This document shows, one piece after another, positions 55,164 to 64,000 of a DNA stretch of 64,000 nt. The notes below the pieces were generated by a model. It was not told where the DNA came from and ran no database searches. It was given only the letters and a program-made list of their open reading frames with translations. Each line of letters opens with the position of its first letter. The stretch's first letter is position 1. The translations under genes and the position numbers were made by a program. This stretch comes from Octopus vulgaris (lineage: Eukaryota), in the NCBI GenBank assembly GCA_951406725.2, contig OX597820.1, forward strand, positions 50,964,001-51,028,000. Direction: 5' to 3'.

Positions 55164-56646
55164 CAAAATGCACACACATGCTCACATATTTACATATATT
55201 TACATCTTTTGTATTTATATCATATTTATATATACAAACATACAACCATATATTCATACTTACACAGATGCTTATAATTACACACAGATACATACACACA
55301 AATGCACAGACATACATACACTCACACACACGCATACACACCTGTATTTGGTTGTTGACTGTATATGTAAATCCTCATGCAGCTTATCCGATATAGATTT
55401 GTGAATATATACTTTTGAATGTGTGTTAGAGAAAATGTGGAGTTGGAAAGACAATAACAATCATGAAGAATCGTATTTTGAAAATTCCACGAAGTATAAT
55501 ATAATAATATATGAATAGCTTGTAAGTTACAGCCCTTTCATAGAAACAGTTTGATTTTCAAACACAAAATCCTTCTTGTAAACCTGAATATCTGAAATGT
55601 TTTTTAAAATTAATTTGATTACTTATGGAAATTTTATTCTTTTATTCAACATGGTTTAACTATCTGAAATATGTGGAAATATGAAATTATCTACTTATAT
55701 ATATATCCGTCGCAATACTTGGGGGGAAAAGCGAGAAAATTATACACGCAATATAACTGAAGACATGTGTAAGTTTCCTTTTCCCTAAAATTTTTATTAC
55801 AAGAACCTTAATCTTCAACATTGTGCGCAAGTATTTTCTCAGAAGTTATGCATTCATAATATTGCTGTTTCATATGAATAGTTATTCGTCAGTGAAACCA
55901 GTTGTCGAGTTTGTCCGATATCGTTTTCACTTTTTTTTATATGCAGCTTTTAATCTGATCTGGTTTATTGTATGTTATATTTGGCATCTTTAGCTTTGAT
56001 GCACGGGATTTACGCATGAATTTGAGATCAAGGTTAATTCGGAATTTCAAAGGATAGATCTTAGCTAAACAGCTGTTTGTACGATATATCTTCCTTCGAG
56101 AACACTGCATCTCAAAATTATCTTAAAAAAGAAATTTCTCGTGAAAGAGATGGATAAACACTAGATGCCTCTGCAAATCTGGTTTCACGTCGTTAGTTAA
56201 TCTTACAATTATTTGCTTCTTTAATATATGTGAACTTTCAGAGGAATTTATCTTTCGGGCAAATGATTAATGTATTCGAATAATCCTTTTTTTTTTTTTG
56301 TATATACCTTTCAGTTACTCTAAATCTATCAAAGAAAAAATATAAGCATAGATTACATTACGTACATCTGTTTTGCATGTGTTTTACGAAGAAACAGAAC
56401 GCTGAATGCTCTCAGATATACTTACTGTTATGAGAAAATGGAAATAATACAGAATAATTTCCCGTTTCAAAGAGGTCTTAAATGCCATGAATTTATATCA
56501 CTCACATTCGAAACAATTATCATCAAATGTACTTATTCTGCTATCATCTACATCATCTTTCTTTTCCAATAAAGCACTGTTTCATCAACACTTCAAGTTT
56601 TATATGTCTAACAGTCTGCATCTCTGCTGCTCTCTTCTTTATATTT

Positions 56647-56728
<82 letters not shown>

Positions 56729-57193
56729 ACCCACACACAACAACCATACACATACACACAACAAACACACACACACATAATACAAACACACCCACACTTG
56801 CACACAGACTCTCATTTATATGTATCTATATATACTCATTTAGACACACATTGCATTATAACGATACATTAATAGATGAAAAGACGAGTTTTATAAAAAA
56901 GCCAAAGCATTATTCCCATATTATCACATCAAATGTTGCTCCTGCATCAATTCTTTTAAAAAAGAGATTAATATATCATCAAAATCTCATCAACTAAACA
57001 CTTAACCACAATCTCATAGAATATATTAGAGAAGCATCAGAATGAGACTTTCCCTTCAAGCCACAAATTAAAATTCACTTCAGAACACCAAAGTAAGGTG
57101 CAAATTTCAGTCTAAATGAAAGTGGTAAATTACATGAATTACACAGAAATGTTGAGCAGCCTCGTCGATTGATGATTCAGCTACAACAATATA

Positions 57194-58394
57194 TTAGGTT
57201 GTTTCACGTGAAATATCGTATATGAAAGGTAACAATTAAAATGCTTCAGAAGTGTTAGATAACTGATTTATTTAATCAACGTATGATCCATGTTCATTTA
57301 TGACGTTTACCCAACGTTTGTCCATGTTATATATTCCACCTTTGAAAAAACAAATTCATCTTTTGCTGTGATAAACTGCCCGAATGCTTCAATTACCTTT
57401 TCTCTATTTAAGAATGTTTTATTACTTATAACAATACTTAAATAAGAGATGATGAGTAAGAGAGACATTAGGGAAATAGGGAGGATGTTGCAAAATCTCA
57501 TAGTTCAGGCTTTGCAGCTTTTGGAGTGACAGGGCGTAGATTGGGCGATCACTATTCACTAGCCTGGCTTGCTTCCTTTTCTAATTCTCATGCATACAAT
57601 CAATTTCCTAGCAATATGATGTTGTTGTTACAATGAATAAGGAATAGTTTCCTCCGCAGACCACCATACGGTGACCACTAACTTTCTGCGGTGCAATGGT
57701 GTGATTGAGTAGTGGTTAGGTGAGTCTCCCGCATCTAATCACTGTCATGTTCTCCTGCTGTTTTCAAAGAGTATCGCATCCATTTCTCATCACAGTTCAA
57801 AATTTGATACAAAGATAGTATTTTCCAGTCGAGAAAGCAATGTGGAACACATCTCGAGGTGTCTGTTTTTTTTTTTTAAATCTCGTTCAGTTGATGTGGA
57901 ACAAACCGATACGCTTTCTTGACTTTTCCAATTTTTTACAAGCGTCCAAAAACAGTTGTGCGAGATGTTTGGAGTTCTGATGAAATTTTCGAACCTTTTT
58001 TCTTTGATTTTGTTCAACCAGAGCATTTAATTCATCATGCCGAATAGCTAATTTTGGCCCACCTCTTGGTTTATTTTCAAGGCTATCAGCTCCTGAACGA
58101 GAGCTTTGAAACTATCTCTGAACATTTCTGACGTCAACTAAATAATTGCCCCAGGCCCGCCTGATATTCCGTAGAGCTTCTGCGGCAGAGTGGCCAAGTT
58201 TGTACTCATACGAGAAAATCACTCAACATAGTTTTGTTGTTATCATTTTCATAAGGTCTGCGGGTACTAATTTCGTATACCAATATTGTTGGGAAAGATA
58301 AAGAGTGAAGATTAAACGCAAGGTATACATAATTGAGTTTTTAAGCGATTGAAATAACAATTAAAAATATCACATTTCATGTGAAACAACCTAA
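57194..58394 (-). mobile_element. Full-length (1201 bp) decayed mariner element with TIRs and TA target duplication
   Basis: TA-ttaggttgtttcacgtgaaat ... atttcatgtgaaacaacctaa-TA; minus peptides ILNCDEKWMRY, KLVVTVWWSA, LEMCSTLLSR, IEAFGQFITAKDEFVF. Confidence 0.88.
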
Positions 58395-59305
58395 TACTTT
58401 TTCAATTTATTGTAGCATCGTACTAACAATAACATTTTTCAGAAAAAGTATTACTTGCCAGCACCATATATTAATACAGAATTCCACATAAAAACGTAAG
58501 GAAAATATGGGAGTTTTATGCGGAAATAAGTTTACTAGGACGAAAATTTCTTGAAATTGTAAAAGTTTGGTTTTAGTGATTTAACCGTTTTGGGATTTTA
58601 GTATACAACCATTTAGGATCCATTGCAATGATACCGAGGAAAACTTTATTACTACCATTAATTTATTGCCGTACTGAAGCAGAGAAAATTATGATACATT
58701 AATGTACTTACTAACTGAAAACAATACAGCGAAAAATGAAATAAGATGTATGTTAAATAAAATATTTATTTTCGAACTTAGCAGTATCTGAAATATATGA
58801 TTTTAATATATAAATGGGTGAATATGTGGGCGGGTGTATATTTGAGTGCGTGTGCATATATGTGTGCGTCCATATATGAGTGACTGTGCATATATTTATG
58901 CGCACATACTTGCATGTATGTGTGAAACGAGTACAGAAGTAACAATGGAGACCTCAGTACAAGATTGGAGCTGATACAACTGTTGCTTAGCATAGCCTAC
59001 GTAGAGAATGTATATTTGTTATGAACAGTTACCCACCTGTCTAATATGCCAGGCAATATATTTGCGATATAATGGCTTACGGAAACCAATAAAATATTTC
59101 CATAGGCGTTATCCTAACACAAGAGTAAATTCAGGTAGAGCATATTTCCACGAATACTTTATTGTTTTGTTTAACAATCATATATGAATATACATATAAA
59201 CATCTACATAGAATATTTACAAGAAATATATTATAAATAATATACATACAAACACATATATATGTGTGTATGTGTTTCATGTCTGTATGCATATCAATGT
59301 AGCCT

Positions 59306-59344
<39 letters not shown>

Positions 59345-59365
59345 TATATATATATATATATATAT

Positions 59366-59420
59366 ATGCGTGTGTGTATGTGTCCGAGTGTGTATGACGA
59401 TCTATCTATGTATCTCTCTC

Positions 59421-59510
<90 letters not shown>

Positions 59511-59566
59511 AGTGTGTGTGTGTCCGAGTGTGTATGACGATCTATCTATGTATCTCTCTCTCTCTG

Positions 59567-59615
<49 letters not shown>

Positions 59616-59666
59616 GTGTGTCCGAGTGTGTATGACGATCTATCTATGTATCTCTCTCTCTCTCTC

Positions 59667-59716
<50 letters not shown>
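59366..59716. repeat. Three-unit minisatellite: (TG)n-tccgagtgtgtatgacgatctatctatgta-(TC)n-(TA)n
   Basis: Identical unique core at ~59383, ~59523 and ~59621 with variable microsatellite lengths. Confidence 0.92.
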
Positions 59717-59718
<2 letters not shown>

Positions 59719-59755
59719 TATATATATGTGTGTATATATATACGCAAAGACAGAG

Positions 59756-59786
<31 letters not shown>

Positions 59787-60198
59787 AATGGAGAGCGAGT
59801 GTGAGAATGTAAGTGACATGCAATTATGCGGATAAACAAACTGAATATTGGAAATATAACAGCTTCGCAGTGAAATACGAAAAATGTATATTTGTATACG
59901 TCAAAAACAAGAGAAAGTAATGAGTGGAGACAGTGACACGGTGAATATTTAAGTATAAATATATAGATATTTATATCTAGAATGTTTTGGAAATTCCTTG
60001 ATACAGTTAAAATATTTGGAAGGAAAATTTTTTTCTCAAAGAGTTAAGATGGAGAAGAAACCTTTTGAGAAAGTCGAAAGACAATAACGTTTGGAAAGAG
60101 ATTTCACAAAATGCGTGCAAGCGCTTTCAGTTCTTAACATTTTCAAGCACGTGTTATAGTATATAGTGAAAGTTGTTTTTCGTAAAAATTGTTGTTGG

Positions 60199-60880
60199 TT
60201 ATTTCCGGTTTAGTTTCGGACTAAGAAATCTTATGAAATATTCATTTGACTTCTGGAGAAGGTCGTTCTCTTCATTTATTTTATGAAGAGGGAAAATTGT
60301 AAATTTTCCTTGTGCACAGGTGTCCAAATGATCGCTATATGGTATGCATCTAAGTGCAGGATGTTTTATTTGATGTCTGTGCACATTTACACGGTCGGTT
60401 AGTTTCGTTTTTGTTTCCCCAATATAATGTTCATTGAATCGTGGGAATATGATAAATATATAATACAATATTTGATACAATATATCAGGTTTTAGCTTTT
60501 AAAGTTAATATTTGCATTCACCCTTAATTCTTTTCCATTCTTGAAATTTTTGTCTGGTCCCTGTTCTATTAAATCACATGTCTCACATCAGGTGTTTCCA
60601 CATTTGGTAACTTGCATAATTTCATCCTGTGATGCAAATCTTGCTTCGGTCAGAAGTTTCTTAAGATTTGGTGTTTACCATCGGCTGTTGATTATTTGTT
60701 GTTTCTTGATTATTTGACGGAGACATGGGGATTGCTGTAGAAATAGTAGAAGGGGTTTGGCTGTTTGTAGAAAGCTGTGGTTCTTGGGATTGTGAGTGAT
60801 AAAAAATGGGATATTTTTAGATTCAGTTATCGCTTGGTCTATTAGCTTGATGGGGTGTTTTTGTTTTTTTAAGGAACAAT
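60199..60880 (-). mobile_element. Penelope-like element C-terminal fragment (GIY-YIG endonuclease)
   Basis: LYYIFII..NEHYIGETKTKLTDRVNVHRHQI..DHLDTC..EYFIRFLSPKLN; upstream IPFFITHNPKN, PNLKKLLTEARF, KCGNT*C. Confidence 0.85.
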
Positions 60881-60967
60881 AGATCCAACTTACACAGAGA
60901 AAATACTACAAACGACAGAGAAAAATAAAGCGAAGGAATGATCAAATGTGAAGAGCAAGCAGTATTA

Positions 60968-61460
60968 GAGAGAGGAAGTGGGTAGTTCGGTGAGATTATA
61001 GGGAATGTTAAAACTGCGTATTGTGAGATTAGATAAGAAGTCTAGGTCAGGAAGATAGAGATGAGTATTAACAATTAGGGTAGTAAGGGATGTAATAGTA
61101 GAGGTAGATAGTTGGGAGATGGGTGGGAACAGTGGGATAAATATTAAATAAAGAGTGGTCACACACTTTCCTTCCCTCAACTAATCCCTATCCCTTGTTT
61201 CACTATTCCATCTCCCAGCAATTCTATTGACATTAATCATAAACTTTAACAACTATAGACAAATCTAATAACGGCAACGCTTCCATTACTATCTATATCA
61301 TACCTCCCACTCGTCACCCAACACTTCACCTCAAATACAACCTCCCTTAATACCTTCATTATTAACCACTTCCCACTTTCTGAACTAGCTCTCATATCTC
61401 CTCTCAATAGACCCTCACTAAACACTCCCCATAACCCCACTGAACCGCCTACTTACTCCC
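60968..61460. repeat. Diverged inverted duplication (G-rich left arm, C-rich right arm), probably Penelope-derived
   Basis: ggaagtgggtagttcggtgagattatagggaatgtta resembles the reverse complement of taaacactccccataaccccactgaaccgcctacttac; ttgggagatgg pairs with ccatctcccag. Confidence 0.55.
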
Positions 61461-61534
61461 GCTAAAACTGCTTGCTCTCCACATTAAGACATTCAAATTC
61501 TCTGCATTATGATTTGAAATGTAAGAGCTTTTCT

Positions 61535-61634
61535 GCCCTGATGATGGAGGTCCAATTTAACCAATGTTGATAGCTTACATTATAGTCTGCAATGTTATCA
61601 TGGGTCACCAAGACCCTAGGAACAGCTGCTGGAC
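61535..61634 (+). ncRNA. Decayed hammerhead motif (probably inactive)
   Basis: CTGATGA(61538-44), long stem II (ggtc/gacc, tgatagc/gttatca), GGAA-C-AGCT-G-CT-ggac; core mutated. Confidence 0.4.
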
Positions 61635-62007
61635 TTATAACTCCTTACTTCCTACATTTAACTTCCGCTGTCGTATAAATTAGGTTTATTATTATAAACT
61701 TTTATATAGTTACATTTAAATATTCATCGTCTGAAAGTCTCCATTCTTTGCTTTCTGTCGCTTTACATGTATACATATATACGTATTTTGTTAGATTTAA
61801 TATATATAATTTAATTCAATTAAATAATTTAATATATATATGTTTCTCCGCATAATTACCTCCGTATTTGCTTAGATTGAGACCTCTTATAGCTATACTT
61901 TACCTCACGAAATTTATCTCCTGCAAAGATGTAAGTTTGAATCATTTGAGCGCTACTGTCTTCTGTACTGAGAATATCTGGATCTCATCTGTGGACTACA
62001 CAAACAC

Positions 62008-62047
<40 letters not shown>

Positions 62048-63100
62048 ACACACACACCCATATGAGTGTGTGTGCGTGTGTGTGTGCTTATAGATATACA
62101 TATATAAATAATTAAATATTATATTGGAATGTGAACGTGATATATTTAACAATGAAGTCATACAAAGAATTTTAAATAGAATCGAATTAATTTTACATTA
62201 ATTAGAACATTTCATAACTTTGTCATTAACTCTCGTCTGTAATGCATTATATATCCGAAACATGTAGACCTATATGATTAAAGAAATAATATATAGGATG
62301 TTTTGTGAATGGGAACCATTGAGCTTTGTAACTTAAAAATAGGAAAAATGGAAGGCACCGAAGGATTCTTCTCACATGAATGACAATTGGTAATTGTGTA
62401 CATAATGTACTGGGTATTGTGTACTTAGTGTACTGGATGTACTGAGCTACTACTTATGGCTGCATTAAAAAGTAACGGTAAGCATTCATTCACAGAATAA
62501 CATAAGCCAAAAGAGACCAACTATAACAGCGTACCTACTTTAATTCACATGATTTCGGATTTCGAGATCTGATTTTATTAACGTGATAAGGTTTGCAATA
62601 TTTAAATTAAATGATATAGCATGGCATTCATTGCAAACTAGTGTCAGCGGTCTCATATGTATATATATATAAATATATATATACGTCTCAACATTCTGTG
62701 TGTGCGTCTGAAAAATATGTAAATATATGGATGTACACAAATAATACAAAGAAAGGCTGACTTACACACGCGTACACAGACGCACTTAAACACAAACACA
62801 CACTGTACGTGTGGGTGCGTATGCGTGTGTGTGTGTGTGCATATACACAAAATCTTCCTATGTGATATAATTCGATCTGAATAGCGCATGTTTAAATTGA
62901 AAGGATTCATTTTCATGTTTTATATACTTTTTATTTTTCAAAATTTTAATCATTAGAATATTCGTCAGAGATATCTATTGCAAGAAATAATCTTTGAGAT
63001 CATATTCAAAACTGTATCTAACCAAAAGCCATTTTGTCTCTTTGATGAATTTATTATCCAAAATATTCATTGATATTTTATGGTAATTGATCTACCATGG

Positions 63101-63219
<119 letters not shown>

Positions 63220-63670
63220 CGTACATACACGAGCATGTACATGTATATTCATTATAAATCAAGCACATTCATTCTCTCTCATACGTTATAGGTTAACATA
63301 TCATATTGTTAATATGATTGGGATCTGCCGGTTACCTATGGAATACAGAAATTTTATGTTTCTCTAGGGAAATTCGATAGTAAGCGAACGTTGGTGGTTT
63401 TCATGTGTTATCGTAATTGTTATCGTTGTTACTGTTGTTGCTACTATTTCCCCTGATACAGCTCATACTTTTGCTGTAGATAATACAATATCGCATGAGA
63501 TTCGGTTAAGATGTATTGACGGTATTGGGTAACGTGGTGTTTGTCGTTGTTTGGGGAAGTCAAATAAAATAAATTCATCAATGATGATGAAGCTATAAAA
63601 GAGAAGCGATTGGGGCGTGATACCATATTCCAAATAGAATGGAAACTCACGTGACTAAATTCGAAAAGTC

Positions 63671-63778
63671 CTAGTTATTATGACCAGTTTCACTGAGAAC
63701 ATTTAGATCCATAATCAGTTCTCGTTGAAACAATGCTGCCACTTGATCGTAAAATGCAGCTTTAAATCTTTGGAGCAA
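63671..63778 (-). CDS. Candidate terminal coding exon of an unidentified gene (LLQRFKAAFYDQVAALFQRELIMDLNVLSETGHNN*)
   Basis: Acceptor ttattttag at 63779-63787, protein-like open frame, phase-compatible candidate upstream exon 63918-63976; no recognised homology. Confidence 0.22.
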   Translation of the reverse strand: MLQRFKAAFYDQVAALFQRELIMDLNVLSETGHNN

Positions 63779-64000
63779 CTAAAATAACTCGAAAATGGTG
63801 AAAATGATGATGTGGATGATGACAACGACGGCTGCGGCGAAGAAGCATGTGATTATCAGGAGGAGGACGAGAAGGAGAAGAATGATGATATTCTGGATGT
63901 TTACTTATAGTTCAAACCTGAAGGAGATGAACTCTTGTCAAATGCATTGCAGATTTAATCATGTCATGAAAGACATCTAGTTATCTGATGCATTTTTCCT

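Noticed and set aside
55855-55896. Minus-strand CTGACGA-ata..tat-GAAA-cagc
   Set aside because: Stem III and stem I do not close in register
59366-59716. Repeat-spacer pattern superficially like a CRISPR array
   Set aside because: Spacers are microsatellites, context is eukaryotic, no cas genes
63790-63910. Acidic D/E-rich plus-strand reading
   Set aside because: Bounded by stops; best explained as a decayed (GAT/GAG)n array

Overview
AT-rich, microsatellite-saturated eukaryotic DNA with no confidently identifiable host gene. The repeat content (tRNA-derived SINEs with GAAACAAGTAAAAGAG-type and TTA-type tails, RTE, CR1-like and R4/Dong LINEs, Penelope-like elements, mariners) points by inference to a cephalopod, probably Octopus; the region is intergenic or a large intron. 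Almost all listed ORFs are (TA)n/(TG)n/(CTA)n artefacts; the real coding remnants belong to decayed transposons. The main unexpected signal is a set of type I hammerhead ribozyme (HHR) motifs from several unrelated sequence families. One sits in the 3' terminal repeat of a Penelope-like RT/GIY-YIG element (53802-53854). Others sit in tiny ORF-less fold-back modules: a near-perfect 118-bp palindrome with one HHR on each strand (39553-39670), a second back-to-back HHR pair (741-969), a core variant with a compensatory G3:C8 pair (6398-6450) and a minimal HHR at 39365-39409. All folds were read by eye and none has been tested for cleavage. Boundaries of decayed elements are approximate.
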